Shown here: positions 11,397-20,519 of the stretch, piece by piece
Layout of the letters: the number at the start of each line of letters is the position of its first letter
Numbering within the stretch: position 1 is the first letter of the stretch
Origin: Lentisphaeria bacterium
GTDB taxonomy: Bacteria > Verrucomicrobiota > Lentisphaeria > JABSQK01 > JAWLHB01
Length of the DNA: 64,000 nt
Assembly (NCBI GenBank): GCA_041690595.1
Contig: JAWLHB010000016.1
Span: forward strand, 62,001 to 126,000
Direction of reading: 5' to 3'
The notes under the pieces: generated by a model
Seen by the model: only the letters and a program-made list of their open reading frames with translations
The model's database searches: none
What the model was told of the DNA's origin: nothing
Position numbers and translations under genes: made by a program

Positions 11397-13039
11397 GGCC
11401 CGGAACCGGCCACAGGTTGGAGCGCGGTGCGGGCGAGCCGTTCGGCTTCGGCATAGTTGGCGCGAAAGAAGCGGGCCCACTCCCGCTGCAGTTCGAGGGC
11501 GGAGAGAGCCACGTCGCCGGCCTCCATGGCATAGAGGCGGGCATTGGCGTCACTCGCCTGGGCGTAGGTGAAGGGGAGGCGGTTGAAGGCTTCGGCGGCC
11601 AGGGGTACCGCTTCGGGGCCGCCGGCGGCGATGATCGCGCCCCAGGCGGAGTTGACCTCGAGCCCGGGATCGAGGATCATGCAGCGGATGAGGGTGCGAA
11701 TCAGGCCGAAGTAGGCCGCCGTCCATTGTGGGCGATAGACAAAGTTGCGGGTCTCCTCGAAGGGTTCCTCGTCGGGATCGGACATGTAGCGTCGATGCTC
11801 GGGGGTGAACATGTCACGCCGCACAGGGAGGCGCCGCAGGGCATACATGCGGGGTCCGCCGGGGGTGCCGACGCGATAGTTCCAGAGCTTCTGCCCCGCC
11901 TCACTGAGGGTGAATTCGATGAAGGCGACAGCCAGGTCCCGGTTAGGGGCGCCGCGGAACATGAGGATGGGATCGACGGAGAGGGAGGAGCCGCCCTCGG
12001 GGGTGACATAGACGACGCGTTCGCGGCCGCCGCTCTGGAAGGCGGTCCACTCCGCTTCGGAGCGACCGTAGAAGTCGATGCACATGCCGACGGTGGTATC
12101 GCCGCGGCCGACATCGTGGGGGACCTTGCTGGCGGAGTCGGTGACATAGCGGGCATTGCCGCCGATGCGCTTGATCAAGTTGAGCCCTTCCCGCCATCCG
12201 TCGACGAGAGCCTCGTCCTCGCTCTCTCCCGCCGCGCGGGCGCGGCTGGCAGCTTCCTGCATCGCCTGCTGAATGAGCATTTCGAAGCACTTGGTGATGG
12301 AGCCGGACTTGGTGGGATCGGCGACGCCGGCCTGGCGGTAGAAGCGCGGCTCGCCGAGGTCGGACCAGTGGGTGGGCGGGGAGTCGTCGGCCAGCATGGC
12401 GACGCGGTCCGGGCTGTAGCAGATGCCGAAGGCGGCCAGGCAGGTGCCATAGTAGCGTCCCTGGGGGTCATAAAAGATCTCACCGCTGTGAGTCTGGGGG
12501 ATGACATCGGGGGAGAACCATTCGGGATGGAGGTCAATCATGCCGGCATCGACCGCATAGCCCTGCTTGGCCTGCTTGTCCATCTCGTACCAGCCGCCGC
12601 CGAAGAAGATGTCGATGCCGATGCCGACCTCGGATTCGAGGAAGGCGGCGCGGGCCTCCTTTTCGAGTTCGGTGGCGTCGGGGGAATCGGGGGTGACGCG
12701 GCGGTTGTTGAAGGCCCTGAGCACTTCCTGAGGGGGGGCGGAGCCGGTGCGCGCCTGCCAGTACCGGCCGAAGTTGGTCATGAACTGGTCGTCGATGTAG
12801 CGGACGATGTCGGAGGTACCGCCCGGGGTGCGCCATTCGATGGCGACAGCTTCGCCATGGGTCTCCAGGTAATGGGCGGCAAAGGCCTGTTCGAACTCGT
12901 AGCGGATCGACTCGGTGTGGGGGGAGATGATCACGAGTTTGCGCTCGACCTTAACGACGGGCCGGGATGGGCGCAACAGCACCGGTATGGCGATCAGCAC
13001 CATGAGGGGCAAGAATGCCATCAACGCCTTCTTGATCAC
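11393..13039 (-). CDS. ABC transporter substrate-binding protein, Fe3+/thiamine-type family
   Basis: N-terminal TM helix, LVIISPH, GIDIFFGGG, WSDL, ADPTKSGS, DPILMFRGAPNRDLAVAFIEF.LSEAGQKLW. Confidence 0.8.
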   Translation of the reverse strand: MIKKALMAFLPLMVLIAIPVLLRPSRPVVKVERKLVIISPHTESIRYEFEQAFAAHYLETHGEAVAIEWRTPGGTSDIVRYIDDQFMTNFGRYWQARTGSAPPQEVLRAFNNRRVTPDSPDATELEKEARAAFLESEVGIGIDIFFGGGWYEMDKQAKQGYAVDAGMIDLHPEWFSPDVIPQTHSGEIFYDPQGRYYGTCLAAFGICYSPDRVAMLADDSPPTHWSDLGEPRFYRQAGVADPTKSGSITKCFEMLIQQAMQEAASRARAAGESEDEALVDGWREGLNLIKRIGGNARYVTDSASKVPHDVGRGDTTVGMCIDFYGRSEAEWTAFQSGGRERVVYVTPEGGSSLSVDPILMFRGAPNRDLAVAFIEFTLSEAGQKLWNYRVGTPGGPRMYALRRLPVRRDMFTPEHRRYMSDPDEEPFEETRNFVYRPQWTAAYFGLIRTLIRCMILDPGLEVNSAWGAIIAAGGPEAVPLAAEAFNRLPFTYAQASDANARLYAMEAGDVALSALELQREWARFFRANYAEAERLARTALQPVAGSGP

Positions 13040-13132
13040 GTCGAGTCTCCACTGATTGGTTCCTGAATGGAGCTTACAGTAATCGCGAAAGGGCTGATTG
13101 TCAGGTGGTAATTGGGGTGATTCCGCTGAGGA

Positions 13133-16100
13133 TCAGCCTTTCTGGATGCCGAGAATGGCGTCGAGGAGGCGCTGGGTGTCGTCGGACTTGGGGATGAAGG
13201 CAACCGCACCGGCATCCCGCACCGCCTTGGCGGTGGCTTCATCGTCCTGCACGGAGAGGGCGATGATATGGACGTGGGACCATCGGCGATGAATCTCGCG
13301 CGTGGCCTCGATGCCGTTGAGGCGGGGCATGTTGAGGTCGAGCAGGACGACGTCGGGGTTGTGCTGCTCGACGGCGGCGACGGCATCCACGCCGTCGGAT
13401 GCTTCGGCGACAACGGTGAGGGCGGTGTGGCTGTTGACCAGATTGGCGATGCCCTGGCGGACAATGGCGTGGTCATCGGCGATGAGGACGCGGAGCTTGG
13501 AGTCCGTCGGCTTCGTCGTGTCGGCAGCGGGTTCGGAGGGGGGGGCGATGGCATGATCGGCCTCCGGTTTGGTTCCAGCGGCGAGGGGGAAGATGAGGGT
13601 GACGCGGGTGCCTTCCGCTCCAGAGTCGACCAGCAGGTCGCCGCCAAAGGCAGCGAGTCGTTCGCGGACGCTGAAGAGGCCCATTCCGGCGGTGGGTCCA
13701 TCGTCGAGGGCGGTCCTGGCGTCGAAGCCAGTGCCGGTGTCCCTGACGACGATGTGCAGGTTATCGCCTTCGCTGAAGACTTCGACGCCGGCTTCGGCGT
13801 CTCCCGCATGCTTGACGACGTTGAAGAGCAGCTCGCGGACGCACTCGAAGAGCATGGCCTTGACGTCATCGGTGAGATTGGCTTCGCTGCCGTCGCTATC
13901 GACGCGAACGAGGAGCTTGTGACGCTCGGCCACATCGCCGGCGAGCCATTCGAGAGCGGGCAGGAGTCCGGCCTCGTAAAGGACGGGGGGGCGGAGCTGA
14001 CGAGTCAGATCGCGGGATGCCTCGACGGCATCACTGAGGCACTGCCTGGCATCGTCGATGGCGACGGCGATCTGTGGGTTGTCGATCTTGCGGCCGATGG
14101 TGTTGAGCCGCATGCGGGCGGCGACGAGGAGCTGCTGGAGATGATCGTGAAGGATGGCGGCGAGGCGCTTGCGTTCGCGCTGCTCGGCGGAGGCGAGTTC
14201 GCCGGCGAGGCGGCGCAGTCGGCTGTTGAGGATAAGGAGCTGGTCGGTGCGTTCGGCAACGCGTTGCTCAAGGGAGTGGCTGAGGTTGCGCAGGGCGGTC
14301 TCGGAGATATGCCGTTCGATGAGGTCGGTGGCCTGTCGGGCCAGGTTGTCGAGGAGGCGCAGTTGGCGTTCCTCAGGCTGGTGGGGGGCGAGCCAGTGGG
14401 TGGCAATGACGCCGATGAAGGATCCGCCGCGCGAGCGGAGGGGAGTGGCCTGCACGGCGCGCACACCCGCCTCGCGCAGGGCGGCGGGGAGGAGGAAGCC
14501 GTCCGGCAGGTCGGCGGCATCGGTGTCGGGAATGGAGAGACGCGTCTCGATGGTGAAGACGGCCTGGCAGAGCGGATCCTGGCCGAGGTCGACCAGTGCC
14601 AGAGCGGCGTCGACAGCTAGGGAGAAGCCGTGGGAGGCGCGGAGGCAGAGGCGGCCGTCCTCGCGCAGGAGCTGAATAGTTCCACGATCGGCTCTGGTGA
14701 GGTCAATGGCGGCATGAAGGATGGAGTCGAGGAGGGCATCGACATCGCCCTCCTGAATCAACTGGGTGCTGATCTGCTGGAGGCGCTTATTGTCCTCCAA
14801 CTCGGTGGCGAAGGCACGCTCCGCTTGCCTTCGTTCGGTAATATCATCAAGGAGCATGGAGACCTTGCGGCTGTCGCGGCCGCCCAGTTGAAAGACAAAG
14901 GCGTCATAGCAGCGAGACGTCTTGAAGGTGGCCTCCTTGACAATCCGGATCGGTTGGCCGGTGTCGAGGACCTTGTCGAAGAGTTCGAGCCAATCGCTCT
15001 CCAAGTGGGGGAGTGCCTCTACGATGCAGGTGGCGTTGACCTTCGCCTTTCCGGTCAGTTTGAGAAAAGCGGGATTGGCCTCGACAAAGCAATAGTCAGT
15101 GGTGGCGCCCTGCTCATCGCGGCGCTGTTCGAGGACGCAGAAACCTTCGTCGATGGAGTTGAAGAGGGTGCGGTAACGCTCTTCACTCTCGCGGAGGGCT
15201 TCGAGGGTCTCCTTGAGTTCGGTGATGTCGATGAAGGTGATGACGACGCCTTCGATGCGATCTTCGGTGGTGCGATAGGGGAGGAGTCGGGTGAGGAACC
15301 AGCGCCCGCTTTCGCTCCGCACTTCTCTTTCGACGGGGATCAAGCGCTGGAGCACGCGGTGGGCATCATCCTGAAGGTCGCGATAGCCGAGGCGATGGGT
15401 GAGATCGCTGAGGGGTCGGCCGCGGTCGCTGTGGCGAATATTGAAGAGTTCGCCGATCTGGGGGGTGAAGCGGACGATGCGGAGGTCGCGGTCGAGGAAG
15501 AGGGTGGCGATGTCGGTGGCGGCGAGGAGGTTCTGGAGGTCGCTGGAGAGCTGGCTGAGTTCTTCGACGCGGTGACGATTCTCCTGGTTGAGGGTGGTCA
15601 GTTCCTCGTTCATGCTCTGGAGTTCTTCGCGTGACGTTTCGAGTTCTTCCATGGTGGAGCGCAGCTCTTCATTGCTGCTCTGCAGTTCTTCGTTGGAAGC
15701 CTGCATTTCCTCCTGGCTGCTCTCGTATTCCTCGATGACGCCCTGCATGCGCTTGCGGGTGAGGTTCAGCTCGGTCTCGAGTTCGCGGAGGGTAGAGTCG
15801 GTGGCGTCATCGGCATCGATGGCCTCGGTCTCGATTTCCTCGACTTCGTCGAAGATGACGAGGAGAAAACCGGCCATATCCTCTCCTTCGCCGGGGCGGG
15901 CGCGAATAAGAACCTGGCGCTTTTCGCCGTCGATGTTCAGGGCAACGGGCTTTCCTCGCTTTGCCTTGCCGCTTTTGCGGGCGGTCTGGACGGTGGTGCG
16001 CAGTTCGAGTCGCAGGGGTTCCTTGGCGAGTCGGAAGAGGTTGCTGGTGGGTTGTCCTCCAGGAACGAGTAGATACCGGCCGGCGTTGGCGGAGACGTGA

Positions 16101-17746
16101 ATCACGTCGTTTTCGGGATTGATCAAGACGCTGGGTGGGGCGTACTGCTCGGCCATCTTCTCATGCAGAGCACCATAGGTGCCATGGCGTTCCTCGCGCT
16201 GCTCGAAACTCTCCCCGCGAGGGGGCACGCCGCCGCCAAAGGAGAAGATGGGCAGGCGGGGCTCACGGGTGGGGATGTTGCGGCGCTGATAGATGCAGAA
16301 ATCCTTTTCGACGGCAACGAAGAGATCGGACCGGCTGACGGTTTCGGAGCTGCCCAGGAGCAGGAAGCGACTGGGTTCGAGGGCATAGTGAAAGAGGGCG
16401 ATAATGTCCATCTGGACATCCCGCTGCAGATAAATGAGGAGATTTCGGCAGACGACCAGATCCATGTGTGAGAAGGGAGGATCCTTGAGGATATTGTGTG
16501 GCGCGAATACGACGATCTCGCGCAATTCCTTGCGAACGCGGTAGGTGTTGTTCTCCTTGATGAAGAAGCGATTGAGCCGTTCCGGTTCGATGTCCGCCTG
16601 GATGGATTCGGGATACACCCCTTCGCGGGCGCGCTGGAGGGAGCGCGCGTGGAGATCGCTGGCGAAGATCTGCAATGGCGAGTGGATGCCCTGACGTTCG
16701 GCTTCTTCCTGCAGGAGCATGGCGAGCGAATAGGCTTCCTCGCCGGTGGCGCATCCTACCGACCAGAGCCGCACCGGCGTATCCGAGTTTTTGCCTTCGA
16801 AGAGGCGGGGGAGAATCTCCTTCTGAAGGCGTTCGAAAACATCCGCATCGCGGAAGAATTCGGTGACGGTGATCAGCATGTCGTCGAAGAGCATGCGCAC
16901 TTCGTCGCGGTTCCGGTTCAGGAGGCCGAGGTAATCGGCGAGTTCCTCGGTCTGGTGCAACTGCATCCTGCGGCGGATGCGTCGCAGGATGGTGGATCGT
17001 TTGTAGAAGCTGAAGTCCTGGCCGGTGTGCGTCCTCACCTGGGCAAAGAGCTTGAGCAGCAGTTGGTTTTCCTCCTTGTCGGCGGGCGCCTTTTCATCGG
17101 GCAGGCGGACGTGGGGCTCGACCTCGCAGAACTTGAGGACGTAGTCGACCATCTTGTCGACGGGGAGGACGAGGTCGACGTTGCCGGCGGCGATGGCGCT
17201 GCGGGGCATGCCGTCGTACTCCGCCTCCTCGGGATCCTGAACGATGGTGAGGCCGCCGCAGTCGCGGATATGGCGCAGGCCGAGGGTGCCATCGGAGCCG
17301 GTGCCGGTGAGGACGATGCCGATGGAGTGGCCATCGTGGGTCTGGGCGACGGTACGGAAGAAATGATCGATAGGGGCGCGATTGAGGCGACGCTCTTCGA
17401 GTTCGGAGAGGCGGAGGTGGGTATCGATGGTGTTGAGATTGGCGTTGGGAGGGATGACATAGACATGGTCAGCCTCGATGAGCATGGTCTCCTGGACCTG
17501 CTGAACAGGCATGGCGCAGTGCGGCTGGAGGAGGTCGGCCAGATGGCTTTCGTGCTCGGGGGAGAGGTGGACGACGATAACGAAGGCGAGGCCGGAGTCG
17601 CGGGGCAGTCGGCTGAGAAGGCTCTGGAGGGCTTTGAGGCCGCCGGCGGAGGCGCCGATGCCAACGACGGTCAATGCCGGCTTATCATGGGGCGGCGCGG
17701 CGGGAGGCTCCCCTCCTTCCCCCGGCGCGTGTTTGTCGTCAGACAT
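13133..17746 (-). CDS. CheB-CheR fusion with PAS, coiled coil, PAS, GAF, HisKA_3/HATPase and C-terminal receiver domain
   Basis: CheB catalytic motifs GASAGG, VIVVHL, LTGTGSDG. CheR motifs VTEFFRD, WSVGCATGEEAYS, CRNLLIY. NEELxS repeats, ERKRLAAILHDHLQQ, ELLFNVVKHA, D.G.GF, and a REC domain VLIADDH..DVVLLDLNMP. Confidence 0.92.
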   Translation of the reverse strand: MSDDKHAPGEGGEPPAAPPHDKPALTVVGIGASAGGLKALQSLLSRLPRDSGLAFVIVVHLSPEHESHLADLLQPHCAMPVQQVQETMLIEADHVYVIPPNANLNTIDTHLRLSELEERRLNRAPIDHFFRTVAQTHDGHSIGIVLTGTGSDGTLGLRHIRDCGGLTIVQDPEEAEYDGMPRSAIAAGNVDLVLPVDKMVDYVLKFCEVEPHVRLPDEKAPADKEENQLLLKLFAQVRTHTGQDFSFYKRSTILRRIRRRMQLHQTEELADYLGLLNRNRDEVRMLFDDMLITVTEFFRDADVFERLQKEILPRLFEGKNSDTPVRLWSVGCATGEEAYSLAMLLQEEAERQGIHSPLQIFASDLHARSLQRAREGVYPESIQADIEPERLNRFFIKENNTYRVRKELREIVVFAPHNILKDPPFSHMDLVVCRNLLIYLQRDVQMDIIALFHYALEPSRFLLLGSSETVSRSDLFVAVEKDFCIYQRRNIPTREPRLPIFSFGGGVPPRGESFEQREERHGTYGALHEKMAEQYAPPSVLINPENDVIHVSANAGRYLLVPGGQPTSNLFRLAKEPLRLELRTTVQTARKSGKAKRGKPVALNIDGEKRQVLIRARPGEGEDMAGFLLVIFDEVEEIETEAIDADDATDSTLRELETELNLTRKRMQGVIEEYESSQEEMQASNEELQSSNEELRSTMEELETSREELQSMNEELTTLNQENRHRVEELSQLSSDLQNLLAATDIATLFLDRDLRIVRFTPQIGELFNIRHSDRGRPLSDLTHRLGYRDLQDDAHRVLQRLIPVEREVRSESGRWFLTRLLPYRTTEDRIEGVVITFIDITELKETLEALRESEERYRTLFNSIDEGFCVLEQRRDEQGATTDYCFVEANPAFLKLTGKAKVNATCIVEALPHLESDWLELFDKVLDTGQPIRIVKEATFKTSRCYDAFVFQLGGRDSRKVSMLLDDITERRQAERAFATELEDNKRLQQISTQLIQEGDVDALLDSILHAAIDLTRADRGTIQLLREDGRLCLRASHGFSLAVDAALALVDLGQDPLCQAVFTIETRLSIPDTDAADLPDGFLLPAALREAGVRAVQATPLRSRGGSFIGVIATHWLAPHQPEERQLRLLDNLARQATDLIERHISETALRNLSHSLEQRVAERTDQLLILNSRLRRLAGELASAEQRERKRLAAILHDHLQQLLVAARMRLNTIGRKIDNPQIAVAIDDARQCLSDAVEASRDLTRQLRPPVLYEAGLLPALEWLAGDVAERHKLLVRVDSDGSEANLTDDVKAMLFECVRELLFNVVKHAGDAEAGVEVFSEGDNLHIVVRDTGTGFDARTALDDGPTAGMGLFSVRERLAAFGGDLLVDSGAEGTRVTLIFPLAAGTKPEADHAIAPPSEPAADTTKPTDSKLRVLIADDHAIVRQGIANLVNSHTALTVVAEASDGVDAVAAVEQHNPDVVLLDLNMPRLNGIEATREIHRRWSHVHIIALSVQDDEATAKAVRDAGAVAFIPKSDDTQRLLDAILGIQKG

Positions 17747-17778
17747 CTGTGACCTGCGCAGGGTGTCATGAACACTAC

Positions 17779-17866
17779 CTGTCATGTACCCTGAAAACAT
17801 GACAGATGTGTGCTTCTATTGTCGCTGAAGAGGCGATCTGGTAGTACACTATCAATAACGTATTGA
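17779..17866. promoter_or_regulatory. Candidate operator palindromes between divergent cheBR and AraC genes
   Basis: ctgtcatgt-N9-acatgacag (17779-17805) and tcaata-acg-tattga (17852-17866). Confidence 0.35.
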
Positions 17867-17946
17867 CGTGCGGAATGCAAATGGCGGAAGATGGTGAAGC
17901 GGCAAGTGGTGTGTGAAAAACAGGATCCGGCAGGAGAGATGAGGCA

Positions 17947-18792
17947 GTGATCGAATGGAGTCATCATTTTCAGATACCGCGGCCGGTGCCGGGGCTGCCG
18001 CGACTCTACATGATGGGGCGGGAACGACGATCGAACGAGAGCTACCACTGGCGGGGAGCGAACCGTACGGACAACCACTACTGCCTGCAGGTGACGCTGT
18101 CGGGGGAGGGGGTTTTCGAGCGGGATGGCGTCGCCTGGCCGCTGCCGGCCGGGGTCGCCTTCTTCTGCAATGTGACCGATCCGGCGATCGCCTACTACTA
18201 TCCGCGCGGGGGGAGCGAGCCGTGGGAGTTTTTCTTTCTGGCGATTGGCGGGGAGAGCGGCCTGGAGTGCGCGGACCAGCTGGTGCAGCGGCATGGACAT
18301 CTGTATCGGCTGCGGCTGTCGCACCCGCTGCCGCGGATGCTGCTGGCGCAAGGGGAGGAAGCGGCGGGGTCGCATCTGTCAGCGGTGTCAGCGGCGCGGT
18401 TGGCGATGGAGGTGCTGAGCATGCTGGAGCAGGCGGCGGAGGCGGACAGCCAGCCCCACGGTCGACAACTCGTGGAGCGGGCGATCAGCCTGGCGCAGGA
18501 GCATGGCACGGAGCCGTTCAAGGTGGGAGATCTGGCGGGCCGGCTGGGGGTCACGCGGGAGCACCTGAGCCGTCTCTTCGCGGAGGAGCTGGGGATGTCG
18601 CCGCACCAGTACCTGCAGCGTCAGCGGATGCTGGCGGCGTGCCTGCTGCTGCGGCGGCCGGAGCTTTCGGTGAAGGAGATCGCGGTACGCCTTGGCTTTC
18701 CGGGCACGCCCCAGTTCAGCCGTGCCTTCCGGCGCGTGGTGCAGCTGTCGCCAAGCGAGTTTCGGGCGTCAGGGGCGCTGCCGCTCTTCTGA
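17947..18792 (+). CDS. AraC family transcriptional regulator
   Basis: N-terminal cupin-like region (QVTLSGEG, PWEF) and C-terminal double HTH (DLAGRLGVTREHLSRLF, SVKEIAVRLGF...FSRAFRR...SPSEFR). Confidence 0.92.
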   Translation: MIEWSHHFQIPRPVPGLPRLYMMGRERRSNESYHWRGANRTDNHYCLQVTLSGEGVFERDGVAWPLPAGVAFFCNVTDPAIAYYYPRGGSEPWEFFFLAIGGESGLECADQLVQRHGHLYRLRLSHPLPRMLLAQGEEAAGSHLSAVSAARLAMEVLSMLEQAAEADSQPHGRQLVERAISLAQEHGTEPFKVGDLAGRLGVTREHLSRLFAEELGMSPHQYLQRQRMLAACLLLRRPELSVKEIAVRLGFPGTPQFSRAFRRVVQLSPSEFRASGALPLF

Positions 18793-18819
18793 AGGGGCGG
18801 GGACGCGGGGACGCGGCAG

Positions 18820-18982
18820 TTTTTAACCGCAAAGAGCGCAGAGATCGCAAAGAGGGAGCGGGAGCAATGGCAGGGCGTTGATAGTGTGGGAGGCGGCGAC
18901 GCGACAAGATTTTACCACAAAGAACGCAGAGATCGCAAAGGGGGAGAGGAGGCAATGCAGGGCGTTGGTAGTGTGGGAGGCG
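18820..18982 (+). repeat. Two-copy direct repeat, period about 88 bp
   Basis: tttaaccgcaaagagcgcagagatcgcaaag...gcagggcgttgatagtgtgggaggcg recurs as tttaccacaaagaacgcagagatcgcaaag...gcagggcgttggtagtgtgggaggcg. Confidence 0.85.
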
Positions 18983-19167
18983 TTCTCCGAACGGCGATCA
19001 TGCGGGTTGCCATGTCAGGAGAAGCCAGAAAACTCTTCCAGATTTAATGTGAATGTCCTCACATTGTCGGGCGTGTCAAGGCTGAGTCTTGTGTGGATTG
19101 CGTTCACGTGGGGGGAAGGCAATGCCCAAGTCGCGGTTCGGAGAACAGGGGAGGGGCCGACGCCGTG

Positions 19168-19262
19168 GACGCAACCCCTTCAGGGTTGATGGGGGGGCGG
19201 GCAGTATACCCAGGGTAGCCTCAAAGGCAACCCTGGGCTATGGGACGCAGCCCCGTTGGGGC
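19168..19262 (+). repeat. REP-like palindromic element (three hairpins); related copy at 54210-54317
   Basis: caacccc-ttca-gggttg, cccagggtagcc-tcaa-aggcaaccctggg and gcccc-gttg-gggc. Confidence 0.75.
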
Positions 19263-19348
19263 AAGGGGCGAAAGGAAGCGGTATGGACGCAGTGGACGCA
19301 GTAGACTTATGAATAAGAATGTCCGAGCAACGGCCGGATGGGGACTCA

Positions 19349-19555
19349 CACTTTGTCGGGCATGTCGAGGCTGAAGGCCGGGGTAATTGTGATCATGGGG
19401 GGGATGGCAATACGCAAGTCGCGGTTCGGAGAACCCCTCCCACATTGTCGGGCCTGTCGAGGCTGAAGGCCGGGGTAATTGTGATCATGTGGGGGGATGG
19501 CAATACGCAAGTCGCGGTTCGGAGAACCCCTCCCACATTGTCGGGCCTGTCGAGG
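19349..19555 (+). repeat. Tandem repeat of a 92-93 bp unit (2.2 copies); diverged copy at about 19060-19146
   Basis: Unit cacattgtcgggcctgtcgaggctgaaggccggggtaattgtgatcatg...gcaagtcgcggttcggagaacccctcc starts at 19349, 19441 and (partial) 19534. Confidence 0.92.
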
Positions 19556-19578
19556 GGGACACTTCTGGGGAGGTGATA

Positions 19579-20241
19579 TCAGGTGTGGTTGCGCCAGTCG
19601 ATGATGGGCCATGACTTGGCGATGGCGACCTCGCGGAGACCGGGGGATGGATTGGCGGCGACGGGATGGCCGACACCTTCCATGGCGGGAATGTCGGTGG
19701 TGCTGTCTCCATAGTACCAGACATCTGCGAGCTTCTGGCCGTGGCGGGCGGCAAAGGCGTCGGCGAAGTGGAGCTTGCCGATGCCGCCGCAGTAGGGTTC
19801 GATGAAACGGCCGGTGAAACGGCCGTTCTCTTCTTCCAGTTCGGTGGCGAGGAGATGGTCGATGCGCAGATGGCGGGCGACAGGCTCGGCGATGTAGCGG
19901 TTGGTGGCGGTGAGCACGACGAGCAGGTCGCCGGCCTCGTGCTGGGCGCGCACGGTGCGCTCGGCATCGGCAAAGAGGCGCGGCTTGACGATCCACTCGA
20001 AGTGGCGCTCGCAGAGTTCGCGCATCTCGTCGACGGTGCGGCCGGTGAATTCGGCGAGCTGAAATTCGAGGAACTCGCGAATGGGGAGGCGCGCTTCCTT
20101 GTAGAGCTCGAAGAAGCGGTCGGCCTCGACGAGGGCATCTTCGGGGGCGAGCCCTTCTTCAACCATGAAGGATTTCCACGAGACATCGCAGTCGTTGTCG
20201 ATCAGGGTGTGATCCATGTCCCAGAAACGAATGGTCCGCAT
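19579..20241 (-). CDS. HAD-superfamily subfamily IB hydrolase (SerB-like)
   Basis: Motif I FWDMDHTL, motif II VLTAT, GK, motif IV YGDSTTDIPAM, and ANP. Confidence 0.9.
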   Translation of the reverse strand: MRTIRFWDMDHTLIDNDCDVSWKSFMVEEGLAPEDALVEADRFFELYKEARLPIREFLEFQLAEFTGRTVDEMRELCERHFEWIVKPRLFADAERTVRAQHEAGDLLVVLTATNRYIAEPVARHLRIDHLLATELEEENGRFTGRFIEPYCGGIGKLHFADAFAARHGQKLADVWYYGDSTTDIPAMEGVGHPVAANPSPGLREVAIAKSWPIIDWRNHT

Positions 20242-20247
20242 GGATGG

Positions 20248-20493
20248 CTATTCGGCCCTGTCGATGGTGCCGCTGTCGGCGAGATTGCGGCTCATCAAGG
20301 CAATCTGCTCGATCTCGGCGAGGTCACGGCGGGAGAGATCGTTGTAGACTTCGCCGGCGAGGGCGCGGGCCTGTTCGGAGGAGGGGTCGTCGTTGAGGAC
20401 GGCAAGCCGTACCGTCTCGCCTTCCTTGAGATTCAGGGTGGAGGTCGGTCGCAGAACCCCTCCCCGATAGACTGCCTCGATGATATGTTTCAT
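20248..20493 (-). CDS. AF2212/DUF104-like antitoxin-family protein
   Basis: IEAVYRGGVLRP...LNLKEGETVRL signature; 81 aa. Confidence 0.78.
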   Translation of the reverse strand: MKHIIEAVYRGGVLRPTSTLNLKEGETVRLAVLNDDPSSEQARALAGEVYNDLSRRDLAEIEQIALMSRNLADSGTIDRAE

Positions 20494-20519
20494 CTGATCC
20501 TGCCGCTGCTTCTGTCAGG

